A stretch of DNA of 64,000 bases from Paraphysomonas bandaiensis (Eukaryota > Protista > Chrysophyceae): the NCBI GenBank assembly GCA_965644295.1, contig CBFFRP010000214.1:1-64000 (forward strand). Direction: 5' to 3'. The notes below the pieces were generated by a model, which had not been told where the DNA came from, made no database searches, and saw nothing but the letters and a program-made list of their open reading frames with translations. A program made the position numbers and the translations under genes. Shown piece by piece: positions 27,914 to 40,499 of this stretch; position 1 is the first letter of the stretch; the number at the start of each line of letters is the position of its first letter.

Positions 27914-29070
27914 ATCCCTCAACAAAGTCGGACTCGCTCCTTTTCGTGGTGTTCTGGGGGATAAGTACCGGAGGTAATTCTCCAGGAAACTAACGTGAGC
28001 CCCATATACAGCCAGCAGATATTATATTGTTCTGCCTACTCATATAGCCAAATGCTTGTGCGGTACGAGGGACACTAATAAGAGGTATCACTTGTATAGA
28101 CCTGACGAATAAACAGGCATCCGGGACAGGGCCCACGTCAAGGGCATCCGGGGTACTGAGCTGCCTGCTGAAGTCAAGCATCATTTGATGGTGTAGTAGA
28201 AGATCATAATGTTGACAGTGACCTATCATTAAAGCCAGGAGAGTTCATATGTGACATATATATGATGCTGAAGATGACTTGAAGCAGTGATACCCACAGT
28301 TCATTCAGAGTTAAGCCCACGTCATGCCCTGTTGTGTCAGTTGCACTAGAAGAGGTTAAGCGTGATGTACATGTATATATGTAATTATTATACCAACGAC
28401 AACAATGCCTAATTTATGTACGAATTTTAACTCCTCGCAGTTTGATATAATTTATATTACCTCAGAATCATTCTGTGGTGTGGGTGCAGCTGTTGTAGCT
28501 ATAACAAGAGAGCGAGTCAGTGCTTAACTCTGATATCCTACTATTGAACGCTACAAAAGCTGCCTGTGCGTCACCGCAAGAACCAAGGTGCAACCACTTT
28601 TGCACTTTGAGAAAACACAGTGGACAACAAGTAGAAAGTTGATATACCAGACATCTGACATCTGTTGACTTCAGGATTTTGATTCCTTCAGGTGAACATC
28701 CAGGGTGCATGACATCAGCAGGCAGCCTAGTACTACTTACAATAATATTGTGGTACTATTGACCCTCAACAAAGTCGGACTCACATCTTTTTGTGGTGTT
28801 CTGGGTAATTAGGATTATGGATTGTTGATTTCTCCAGGAAACTAACGTGAGCCACAAACATTTGCAGCAGATACATCAAAACCCAGGTTTTGGTATTACC
28901 TCGACTTTTTTCTGCCTACTCATAGCCTAATACTTGTGTGGTACAAAAGGAACACTAAAATAAGTGTCACTTGTGTAGACGTCTTTGGGCCCTGACGAAT
29001 AAACAGGCATCCAGGACAGAATGATAACCGGGGTGTTTAAGAGTCTGAACTAATTTGTTGAGGGAACAGC
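27914..29070. mobile_element. Cluster of three short-retroelement copies (27914-28182 +, ~28515-28730 -, 28761-29070 +)
   Basis: Both plus copies start at CCCTCAACAAAGTCGGACTC. The minus copy carries the 3' GCACC/GNRA motif. Confidence 0.82.
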
Positions 29071-29798
29071 TTATATATATAATATGAAATTTCAAGGCAA
29101 GTTCATTGGTATGTCAATATATACAAAGCATAGTTCCCTGGGTCACTATCATGACAATGTCAGTAGTTCTCACAATACAGTTAACCACTACTGTATTCTT
29201 CGATTAACGGCCATATTTCAAATACCTTAGAAATGCAGTTGTAATTATTGCTATCAAACAGCAAAACCCGGTTTCAATTCCCTTACGTATAGATTCCATA
29301 TTGTTTTGAAATAGCACTTTGATTTTTCTTTTGTTTACTAAATTTTCTTCTGGGAACACATATTTCCTCCTCCAGCAAGCAAACTACCAATTGCCATACA
29401 TTCTAGATATTAGGTTTTCAACATCATGAAAAAAAACTATTATACAATTCAACCTAAAGAGAAGGAGTATCGTCCCTTGTCCAATTAAAGTAAAACAGGG
29501 TTTTCGCCCTCGGTTCAAGATTTCACCTCCTTATTATATATGGTTAAATATAACTTACAACAACGTACTTGTACGAGTAAGGTACTTGTGGTACGATACA
29601 ATTTAAATGACAATACATAACAAGTACGCAGAGTACATCTATACTAATTAACAAATAAAAGTAAATATTTACATAATTATTATACAGTGCACTTCGTACT
29701 ACATCTGTCAGCCAACAATAAGTTGTGATCATAAAAACACACATGAGATACCTGTGAGTTGTAAGATACAATTAAATATATCTGCGAAGTAGAACGTG

Positions 29799-30863
29799 CT
29801 ACATGCAAATTGATATATTCGGCAGTTCGTGGACTATTTTCTTTCTAGATGATCTACTTCGATCTAAACGTAATGATTGGAGCAATTTCAATAGCCGACC
29901 ATTGGACAACGCGGCTTTGTGTTTGAGAAACATTTTCGACAACAAGATATCCGGTGTTAAATTATCGATATCACATGTCGCCACATAATTTAGCAAACAT
30001 CTTGCAGCTTGAATCTTTTGTTCTTTCGTGAACGACAGTATGCCATATCGCTTTTCCTTAGAACGTGAAGTGATATAAGCTTTTATTTTCTGTACGTATG
30101 ATAGGCGGAAACTAACCAGGAGCTGAATATCGGTAATCATTGCAGCAATCGAATTCATAGAAATCGACAGGTCACCATGTACACTTTTGAGTAGGTTTTC
30201 GGCTTCTTTATACTTCATTAGGGCACCATCATAGACTCCTTTTCGTTTACTGATGTAACCCATGAATATAAGGGCTTCCGCAAGCTGACACGTAGTACCC
30301 GAACCTACATGTCTCGCTAAAATGTTTCGTACACGCTTGAAGCATTCCATGGCGTTATCTGAATGGTCTAATGAGCAGTATACTCTACCGATACTGCATA
30401 TAATACTAATATTGGACAAATCGTCCTCAGCGACAACCAGCTTTCGAGTGTGGAGTGCTTGTAGGCAATTCTCCAATGCTAACTCAGTCTTACCTTCATG
30501 CATATATATCTTTCCCAGAGCATGCATTGTATTCGAAATTGCCACGTGATCATCTCCATAAGTTAACTGCGTCCTTAAGCACTCTTGGAGCCAGAATATA
30601 GAGGAAATATAATCTTTCTGTGCCACACGGACGGCAGCAATACTATAAAGTGTTGATGCAATTGAAGCATAATCTTTGTGGTGTTTCTTGCATTTAATAT
30701 CAAGAGATTCTTCAAATAGCTGTACGGCACGTATATACTTGTGTTCTGCGAAGTACTTCATTCCAAGCTGGTCCATCATATTCGTCACGATCCTGTGGCT
30801 TGGTGGGTATGTTTGTCTTACACTTGCTAATGATCGCTCCAGCTGATCGGTGTGAGTGGACAT
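29799..30863 (-). CDS. Intronless TPR protein (kinesin-light-chain-type long TPRs) with a distinct C-terminal domain
   Basis: Repeats such as ASTLYSIAAV, SNTMHALGKIY..G..ELALE...QAL and A.A...MG.I....G.YD.AL..Y. First in-frame ATG is at 30863. Confidence 0.8.
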   Translation of the reverse strand: MSTHTDQLERSLASVRQTYPPSHRIVTNMMDQLGMKYFAEHKYIRAVQLFEESLDIKCKKHHKDYASIASTLYSIAAVRVAQKDYISSIFWLQECLRTQLTYGDDHVAISNTMHALGKIYMHEGKTELALENCLQALHTRKLVVAEDDLSNISIICSIGRVYCSLDHSDNAMECFKRVRNILARHVGSGTTCQLAEALIFMGYISKRKGVYDGALMKYKEAENLLKSVHGDLSISMNSIAAMITDIQLLVSFRLSYVQKIKAYITSRSKEKRYGILSFTKEQKIQAARCLLNYVATCDIDNLTPDILLSKMFLKHKAALSNGRLLKLLQSLRLDRSRSSRKKIVHELPNISICM

Positions 30864-31131
30864 TTTTGCCACGGTGAGCTGTCGCCGAAATCGTTGTGAT
30901 CATGCAAAGGTAATTTCTCGCTCGAAAATTTAGTGGCAGTCGTTCTGAGCTAACGAGAGTGGTGCGGAAATATAACGTTCATTACACTGCACCCCTGCAG
31001 CCCATAGCCCGCCATAGCTATGCGTGACTGTCAAGTCCAGTGCACTCGCCGTATTCCTGGTATACCGGTATACAGATGTCCCATCCCCTGCACTGCACAT
31101 CAACTATAAAATTTTCACCTACATCGAAAAA

Positions 31132-31221
31132 CTCTAATTTCTTGTGTTTTATGCTCTAATTTCTTGAGTTTTACGTTCTATTTCTTGAGTTTTATGCTCT
31201 AATTTCTTGTGTTTTATGCTC
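31132..31221. repeat. Four tandem copies of a 21-22-bp unit CTCTAATTTCTTGTGTTTTATG
   Basis: Directly visible, located between the two divergent start codons. Confidence 0.9.
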
Positions 31222-31293
31222 CAGGTATACCGACTCTGCCTGCCTGTGTAGAAGTGCCCAGATATCTGGATATAGAAATGACTAACTGGGACT

Positions 31294-32799
31294 ATGATCC
31301 GCTGTATTGCTGTGCTATCTCTGGTATGGGCTGTGAGCGGGCACAAGAGCAATGCTGCGGTCAAGCACTCAGGAGTATACAGCCCTAACCGCAATGAGCT
31401 GTATGCGGGGGCGTTTCTCATTAGCAAGTCACGCTTACTGCAGTCAGAAAATAATATTAGGGCGGCGTCTTATCCAGAGTCAATAGTTTTGAATGTGGTA
31501 CTGAAGAATTGCCATAATTGTCGAACTCTTCTTACTCGAGATTATCTGGACTTCTGCATTGAGCATTTGAGCTCTAGTAGTAACGTCGTGGGATACCTCC
31601 CTAAATCAGAACAAATAGAAGCAATGAAGTACTACAGCAAGAATATGGCTCAGAATGTGGAAGATATTCGTGATAGCGTAATACTATCGAGACGTTCTAA
31701 TTTTACCTTATCCAGCCTTACGATTGCTATGATTCCGTTTAGCGAAGGTATAGCTAATCCCGGAGGTCGCGAAGAGGAAGTCAATTTCCACCATCGTCTG
31801 ATCCGGCGAAGTTACTTTCAAGCCACATTTTACTCGTTATACCGCTATTTCTCACGCGTTGTAGTGTATGTCTCATCTGCACATGACAAGGCCCTGGTGT
31901 TGCAGTGGGGCCTTCCCTATTACGCCCTGATCGACCTATCAGATACTTTGTCGGACGTTTCGTTAGACAAATATTTCTTCTTTGACCCTGAAAAAAAAAA
32001 TCCACGGCCTTTATCTCAGCTTTTACCCAAGTATGCGTTGCTAGATCTTATATCGAAGCTACGTAATGAGTGGTCGGGCTTTCAATATATCTACTATACA
32101 GAGGGCGATCAAGTTCTACATATGAGAAAGCAGAGAGCATTGTATCATATGATGAACGTGACGTCAGGTGTGGTCATGTTTACTCCACATCGTATGCAGG
32201 TAAACCTTTCAACATTTTGAAGCGTATTGCGTGTGCTGTTGCTTTCTCTATGCTTTGTGTGGCAGCTCGTAGTACGTATGTGGTATGTGCAGGGAATAGT
32301 ATGTGCTATATGGTATTGAGGCATGTATAAATGTAACTCTTTTGACGAAATCTAGACTATTCCCTTGTATCAAGCTGCTCCCCCTGAAATACAAGCCATC
32401 TGGAAACCAATGCAAAAAATTAGTGGGGTGGAACTTATTACGGAAAGGGTTGGGGACATTAGTAAGGGCAGTTGTTGTGATAGTGGGCGTATGCCCTTTG
32501 GAAATTGCGGTAACTGGTGGTACAATTGCCCCAAGTGGGGTTTAGTTAACCACACGACGTGGTTGAAGTTTGGTACCAGTGGATTCACTATGCCGCTGTC
32601 AACTGAGCATCAGGGTGTTTGCACGTATACTCCTCACATTACACTGTGTAATATACCCGAAAATTGTGATAATCGCTTCCCAAGTGTGTTCTACAGTGGT
32701 AAATATCATGCAAGTTATTCTAGTGATCAAGCTTCTGATCTTAGCATGTCGGATATATGTGGAGAGGTGCCTTTCGAGAAGGTCAATGACCATACATAG
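31294..32799 (+). CDS. Uncharacterised secreted protein, 2 exons (intron 32200-32355), Cys-rich C-terminus
   Basis: Signal-peptide-like MIRCIAVLSLVWAVSG. The CAG|GTAAAC...TCTAG|ACT junction joins the 308-aa and 144-aa ORFs in frame. YIYYTEGDQV is reminiscent of a GT-A DxD strand. Confidence 0.75.
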
Positions 32800-32919
32800 T
32801 TGTTTTGTATTCCTGTTGTAGCTTCTAGGTTTTATATACAAAATGTATCAGTAATTGACTTTTTGATTTACTCACTCAATAACCATCAATAAATTAAAAT
32901 GTGATCAACATCACGAATT

Positions 32920-34265
32920 AATATTAGCAATAGGCGTTTAGAATCAGCACCAGCTTAGTAGCTAGATGAAATCTAGTCAAGCTAGATAGACATCTACCAG
33001 TACAAACTCTATTATCCTACTATTTACCGCTACGGACGCTGCTTGTGCGATTCTGCAAGCAACAAGGTGCAACCACTTTTGCACTTTCACTCAAAGCAAA
33101 CACAGTGGACAACAAGTAGAATGTTGATATACCTGACATCTTCAGATTTCAGGAATTCTGAGTCCTTAAGGTGAACATCCAGGATGCTTGACTATATAGC
33201 ACAATCACCCAACACCCTAGCTATTGAGGCTATTCAATTCCCGGATGCTTGTTTAGTTCAGGGCCCAAAGACGTCAACTACACAAGTGACACTTATTTTA
33301 GTGTTCCTTGTACCACACAAGCATTCGACTATGAGTAGGCAGAACAATATCTGCTGTCTATGTTTGCGGCTAATGTTTGTTTGTTGTGAGAGAGAATCTC
33401 TCTAGTACTTACCCCCAGGACACCACGCAAAGGTGCGAGTCCGACTTTGTTGAAGCTCAATATTATCATAATACTATTGTAAATAGTCACAATACTGAAT
33501 TGTGGAGTTTAAGAGCCAGAACTAATTTAGCATTGAAATTCACCTAAGTAGTAGTGTAGTAGTAGTGCTTAACTCTGATATCCTACTATATACTAGCCCT
33601 CAACAAAGTCGGACTCGCACCTTTTCGTGGTGTTCTGGGGGATATGTACCGGAAACTAACGTGAGCCGCAAACATAGTCAGCAGATATTCTTCTGCCCAC
33701 TCATAGCCGAATGCTTGTGTGGTACAAGGGGCACCAGTAAGTGTCACTTGTGTAGACGCCTTTGGACCCTGACGAATAAACAGACATCCGGGAATGGGCC
33801 TACCTCAAGGGCATCCGGGACAGGGCCCACCTGAAGGGTAACCGGAGTATTGGGCTGCCTGCTGAAGTCAAGCATCCGGGATGTTCACCTTAAGAACTCA
33901 GAGCGGAAGTGGTCGCACCTTGGTGCTTGCGGCGACGCACAAGCAGCTTCCGTAGCGTTAAATAGTAGGATAAAGAAAGTGTGTACTGATTAGTTACAGG
34001 TAGAGATCTATCTAGTTTGTCTAGCATTCATCTAGCTACTAAGTTTGTCTAGCATTCATCTTATTAACGCCTATTATTGCTAATAATAAGACTTTCAATA
34101 TATACTATATTATACTAGAATGCTACAAAATCTGACTGTGCGTCACCGCAAGTACCAAGGTGAAACTTTTTGCACTTTCACTCAAAAAGCGAACGCCGTG
34201 ATCATGCAGAATGTTGATATATACCTGACAACTTCTGGTGAGTGCAGGACATTTTAGTCCTGAAG
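32920..34265. mobile_element. Cluster of short-retroelement copies: full (-) ~32920-33455, tail (-) ~33500-33590, full (+) 33596-34099, partial (-) ~34120-34265
   Basis: Shared 5' end, GCATCCGGG sub-repeats, 3' stem-loop and AACGCCTATT..GCTAATA terminus. Confidence 0.85.
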
Positions 34266-34489
34266 GAGTTCGGCAACAAAACAACCCCGAAACCACACCA
34301 GTCTTTTGCATACCAGCATAACACATACATCTTCTGATATACTTAATCCGCACTATTGCTGATGTATGTGGAAACACTGCCACTAGTATGTAATATATTA
34401 TATTATGGACTGCCAGGTAAGCGGCCCTGAGAAGCAAACACAATGTATGTATATGTATCCAGTAGTGGATAGAGGCGAATATCTTCTAC

Positions 34490-35650
34490 GAATGTTTACC
34501 TGCTCTTACCTACACGTCCCATGCCCTGGGTACGCTCGCATCTAGAACGCGACACACCACAGACAAACCAAAACGGGTATCATCATTGGAAACCTCTTGA
34601 CGATCTCATTGGAACCCGTAGTTACCAACACGTCCCCACGGCCAACGCTCATGGAAGACTTTCTCACTGCCGGACAGTGGCACTACTGGCTTCGCTACGC
34701 ACACATATCTTCAATCCGACATCATAGGACCAGTCATTCTCGGGGATGCACTTGGCCTTATAGCTAAAAATATGACTTCCAACAATACATACATCACCAC
34801 CCGTGGGACGGTGTCTACGGCCCCCTTTCAAATCGTGACCCCCTATACTGGACACAGAGCGGAGCCAGGCTACCACACAAACTCCTTCCTCTAAGCACAC
34901 ACAACACCCCCCGACTGTTCGACTCTATCCCCGATCGTATCCGAGAAACTGCTGGCTATGTCTGGGACAAGTCATACACAAATGGCTGGAACAGAGCAAA
35001 CGGAAAACAAGGGAATGAAGCCACTGCAGAGCAGCGACATGTACCGACTGCAACCATGTCCACATATTATGGTCCTAAAGTGCCCTCTCACCACGACCTC
35101 GCACAAGTTAGAGAAGAGATTTATCACCAACACCGCCAGGCCCTTGACAATGGCAGGAACACCACAGTCCTCCGTCCATGGTTCTCCAATGCTCTCTCAC
35201 CAAAATCTCCTCCGCAGCCTGGAATCCCAGCCAATACTCCCCAACAAGTTGAGAGATACTGGAGAGGTGACATCACAGCCTCCCAACTAGCAAACGCATT
35301 CGGCCACCGCATCTCCACTACCATATACTAAAACCTCAGGAGTTCCATCAGCTCAAAACATTGATAATAAAAATACTGCGACCACTTTGCAATGGCGGCC
35401 TCAGCATGCTCAAGGAGAGAGGAAGGCGGCATATCAATACTCATATATTCACCACATTCCCCACGCGGTCTCAACTACCTACAGCACTCTCCTATTCCCC
35501 TCACCACACCATTTCGTCTCGCCTCATGACTCCGCCGCGCATAGTCCCAACCTCTAGTACAACAGAGGTGTTACCTAAAGGTGTTGCCCCCTTGACGGAA
35601 CGGTTGCACCATGGTGCTCGCAGCAATGCACAAGTAGTTCCGGGGCGCTA
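34490..35650 (+). mobile_element. Decayed 3' part of a LINE-like (non-LTR) retrotransposon
   Basis: Frameshifted peptides PWVRSHLER (RNase H-like end), VWDKSYTNGWNRA, CTDCNH and QVERYWRGDITASQLANAFG..ILRPLCNGGLSML, followed by the shared 3' stem-loop at 35602-35637. No RT core is present in the window, so the class is inferred. Confidence 0.6.
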
Positions 35651-36809
35651 AAAGATAGATAGGATGATCTCGCTCGTTACCGACAGTAGCACTGAAATAA
35701 AGAATTTTTAGATGTAGATTATAACATCATTACTGTTATTGTTATTCGTGCACCAATATACTGTGTGTGGTATAAATTAGCCGCATTCTATTATCAGACT
35801 AGTAACAATATAATATCTAGATGTAGTAGAAAACCAACAGCTTATAAGCACTTATAGTATCTGGTCTAGAAATAATATAATAGACATAAAATTATAGATA
35901 CATGCCAGCGCTTCATAACTGATAAGAGATAGATGTTCATATTTGGCACAGTTCTCTAGTCAATGATAACACTTACACATGCTTGGCAATTAACGACACC
36001 TCTAATACCGTAATAACAAGAAATTAGAGTCCACTGCACGCAACAGGGAATATGAAGACCATATACACAGGCATCAACAGCCTCAGAACAAGATGAATGG
36101 ATCCACAGGTGATACTAAAATGTGTGCATAATATTACATATTATTATACTATGTAGACAACACAATATAATATATGTATTCATGACAACATTGTCATATA
36201 TATATATTATATATATACAACATGCAGAACGTGCTTATGACAAGACATGGATCCTATACAGGCCCGTGAACGCTATGCTATAGCATGGTGATAAGAGTGT
36301 AATAAAGGGCATATAAGGAATATGCATACATATGGAGATAGTACAATGTATGAATTATTAATGAATGTGCTCTATTGAAGTCTAATAATTCCTCCTATCT
36401 GCAGCTAGAGAAGAAACAGTACCAATACAGCGTATGATGTACGTGTATATATATATTATATAATATGTGTATAGTAGCGTGCATAATACAATGACGACGA
36501 ATGTTAGTTTGGTGTAAGCGCATACAATGTATGTGGTGCATACATATAGCAGTAATGTAATGCGAGTGACGTAATAAGTGTGATAATTAACGCTCCAACC
36601 GAATAGCCTGATTTTGGATACAACATACATTGCATACGCATAATAATATAATAATATAGCTATCTTCACCACTACTACATCATGCATGCAATAACACACC
36701 TACTACTTACAGTTGTGTACTATTATTCATAGATGTGTATGATTTAGGGGACGTTGTACAGCATGGCAAGTGAACGGAGTGATCTAAGCCTACACTACCA
36801 CACTGCAAC

Positions 36810-37105
36810 GCTTAAGAATACACACACAATTTGTGCAATTTGCATCGGGAACTGCCTTACGTGCCTCACGGCAGGCACCAGGGAAAGCAGCAATATACCC
36901 TTCTGAGTTTGGTAATCTGGTGACCTTCCCTTAAGTGTTATGCCAAGTGGCTCGGAGGTATGCAGAAGGTATTGATCTACTGTGAAGAAGCGTTGGAATC
37001 GGCTCTTTCGCTGTCTTAGCCAGTAGCGGAGAACACATACGGAAGAAAGGGGAAAGTTGGACACTAGTGGGATACGAGAGTTTTCCGGTATGTCCAGCAA
37101 CGGGG
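36810..37105. repeat. Dispersed degenerate repeat with residual coding signal
   Basis: Inverted match to ~58140-58456. Both copies encode IGSFA.LASSGEHIRKKG.SWT. Confidence 0.8.
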
Positions 37106-37680
37106 ACGGAGTCGAGAGCTGATATTATGAATGTTGTGTGTGTGATAGGAGGCACACATCCTGATAAGCACAATGTGACCCAAACCCTAAGGAACTGGGT
37201 GCCACTGCTCCTAACCACCTATACAGCATTATATATGGCACTTAAACTCTCCTGTAATATTCTTGGAGCTGTCTCAAAGTCCAGGTTATGAAGATAAATC
37301 GGTTGCACTGACAATACAATGAAATCTCATACAAATGACTGTCAAGATCAGAATTATAGTAAAAGTGAGTCTCTGTTGAACCGAATATTGAAGTTGACTG
37401 TTGCATTTGCCTGGTGCTGATATGAGCGCTCTGTTGAGCCTAATTTAAGTCAAAAAATGTTTTTTTGAGTCAAAATGGGGATAATACATAATAAATGCAA
37501 CATATTTTTACCTCCCCCCTAGTGACTACAAATCCATATAGCTTTATAACTTACCGCTGCTCCGTTAATAACAGTATACTTTGCTTTAATTATATAGGTA
37601 TAATATATATATACATGTGTACATAACAACATTATTATTCGACTTCGCGCAATGATATATCAACTTAGTACTGTCACCTA

Positions 37681-40129
37681 CTATCGTCCATAACAGTGCA
37701 TAAAACAAGGAAGACATACCCTCTCTGGCATCAACAAGCCGATGGATGGTATCGGTATGCGATAATCTTTCAACATTTGGTACTCGCCAATTCCCACATC
37801 AGGAATCGAGTCTCCGGCAGGTGCACAAATCACACACACCGGCTTACCGCAAGCTCTACAATGGTGATACACCAGAGCACGAGATGCATCACTATTCGTA
37901 ATAAACGGCCACGTAGGCTCGCTCCCACAGACGCTGCAAGACGCCCATTCGTGGGAAGCACTATCATATATTGGCTCCCAGCGGGGGGGAGTTTGTACGT
38001 TGTACATCGGGTGACGAGAGAGTTTTAACATCCTTAACGCATGTATATGGGCACTCATCATATGGTCCGAAATACTATTTCGAAACAGATTTATTTTTTG
38101 TAAACCCGTATACCTAGAGTCACACTCTTCAGCATGGTAGGCACTGCCAGTTTTTGAGAAAAAAATAATTTTTCCAGGTACCATCATTTCGTCAGGTGAG
38201 GATAATCCGGGTGTCCCACGCTGTTCACGAATTGGAGGACATGTTTCGTTGTGGTCTTTGTCAACATCAACATTGTCCAGGCAGTCATCTTTACTCTCAG
38301 GCATTGTAGCCGATTGATCATCTTCCTTTTCACTCACTTTGGAACCGCGCCCAGATGAACGGCCAGCAAGAGTCATTGCCCCTTCTTTGCCAATACTTCG
38401 AGCATAGAGCTCCATTCTAACCTGGTCCTGGTGATACCACTCTCTGGCCTGAGTACTAAACTCTTTGACTTCTTCAGCTAAAGCCTTTATGTTTTTAGGC
38501 GATAGACAGGGTATAATATCATCGTTGTGTACCATAGAGACAACTATTCCGTCGTCGATAAAGGCATCAGCCAGATTTTCTCCTACACAAGGTGGGGTAC
38601 CATACCCCACAGCTTGCACAAAAGGTATTGCAGAAGGACTATAGTTATTGTCCTCAGGACTCTCCTGCATCCAACTGTTTTCATGATTAAGTCCTAAAAA
38701 GAGATGCTTCACATCACATAATAAATCTTCTTGTTCCTTTTGGGAAAGACTTTTGAAGGAATCACTACGACGAATTAGCTGTCGACGATAGAGACCATTC
38801 TTCAATTCGGCAGCGATTAGGGCAGCAATACCTGCACCTAAAGGACATTAATTACTGTAACGTTGATTGTTCAATAAACCACATCATATCAACATATTGT
38901 ACAACACACATGTGGCCTTAATATATACCTAGCGAATGCCCCACAAGCTTCACATCATACCCTTGATCCAACAACTTGTATATACAACGCCTCATGACAA
39001 ATACATCCAGAATAGCGCGCGTAGCTACCAGCATTCCAGTATGTACCCCCCCTGTAACTGCGTGTTCCCCGCACTGACCGGCCCGATACACGAATGCAGT
39101 GACATCCTTGGTTCCGTTAATCCTCCAATCCGTAATGTTTTTCGATCCACGGATAACAAGCAGAGCTTCTTTGAGATGTGGTGACCGGCTCAGATTAGAG
39201 CGTACTACCAAAGCAAAAGCCGGGCATAATGAACCATCAGGAAGCTGTTGCGAATCACTCTGACATGCAATCACCTTCCACCCCTCATTTGCAATTAGAC
39301 GGGAAAAGTACCAGTTCCCCCATTCCACTGTATGATGAGGGGGAGGGAGCATTGCGGCGTACAGCCACATAGCTGGGCCTGCGTACTTCCCCAACAACTC
39401 AAGATATCGTTCTTGAATGGAAGAGTCGAATTTCGCGGTGTGATTCTGCGAAGTGCTTCCAAGAGCTAATTTGCGCTGGAGTTCGTTGTTACACCCCAGG
39501 TAATACACGGATAGCATGTCGTAGGGAGATTTTATATCAAAAGCAGATAAAAGAGGCATAAGCGGCACTAAGGTATTCATAACTTCCTTGTCTAGCAGGA
39601 GGCCTATTGCAGCTCGACCCATCATCGCATACTTAATGGCGGTGGAATATGCGCTATAAGGAGTGTATTTCACAACAGCAAATGCTAACTTCGTCAATCT
39701 GGTGGCAACTCCGGATTCTTTGAACAAAACAGGTTTTTCGATATCTTCTACACCACATCCTTCAAGATACATATCTAAACGGCCGACATAATCCGTCGTA
39801 GCTTCATTAACTTTCTCAATAAGGAAGGAATACACAGCCTTCGCCTGGTGGTCGCGACACACATAGCCTATCAAATTAGGAGTCTTCTCGGCCTTCGGAT
39901 GCCACAAACGGACTGGAATAGGGTGTGTAGTCTTGAAAATACAGCTACTGCAAAACCTCTGAAGGCAACACACACAGCTGACAAAACTCTTCCCATAAGA
40001 GACACCAGTGAACTGCCCCACACTAACCTCATGACCACAGCTAGGACACCGCTCCTTATTGAACCTAGTGAGAGAGGAGAGACCCTCAGTCACAGACCTC
40101 CTGTCAATAAACATGCCCAGAGGATTCAT
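37681..40129 (-). CDS. Class-3 lipase (DAG-lipase-like) flanked by two FYVE-like zinc fingers; intron 38928-38838
   Basis: VIRGS, GGVHTGM, nucleophile elbow GHSLG|AG restored by splicing, VHNDDIIP and DH. N-terminal CPSC..CVCC..FCSSC and C-terminal CSVC..HHCRACGKPVCVIC..RVCLPC. An acceptor-like TTTTAG just before the ATG means an upstream exon cannot be excluded. Confidence 0.88.
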
Positions 40130-40197
40130 GCCTAAAACATTACCAATTTCGATAAAATCACTTCAGTCAAACAAGAACTAAACTCTGTCCATACCAG

Positions 40198-40499
40198 ATA
40201 CATACATACATACATACATACATACATACATACATACATACATACATACATACATACATACATACATACATACATACATACATACATACATACATACATA
40301 CATACATACATACATACATACATACATACATACATACATACATACATACATACATACATACATACATACATACATACATACATACATACATACATACATA
40401 CATACATACATACATACATACATACATACATACATACATACATACATACATACATACATACATACATACATACATACATACATACATACATACATACAT
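40198..40499. repeat. (TACA)n microsatellite, ~75 perfect units
   Basis: Directly visible. Confidence 0.99.

Noticed and set aside
33430-33450. tRNA-derived SINE head (GGTGCGAGTCC resembles a B box)
   Set aside because: Wrong orientation relative to the element, no T-stem pairing and no A box.
33760-33800. Hammerhead ribozyme at CTGACGA in the short element
   Set aside because: No stem II followed by GAAA and no stem III/UH arrangement could be built in any permutation.
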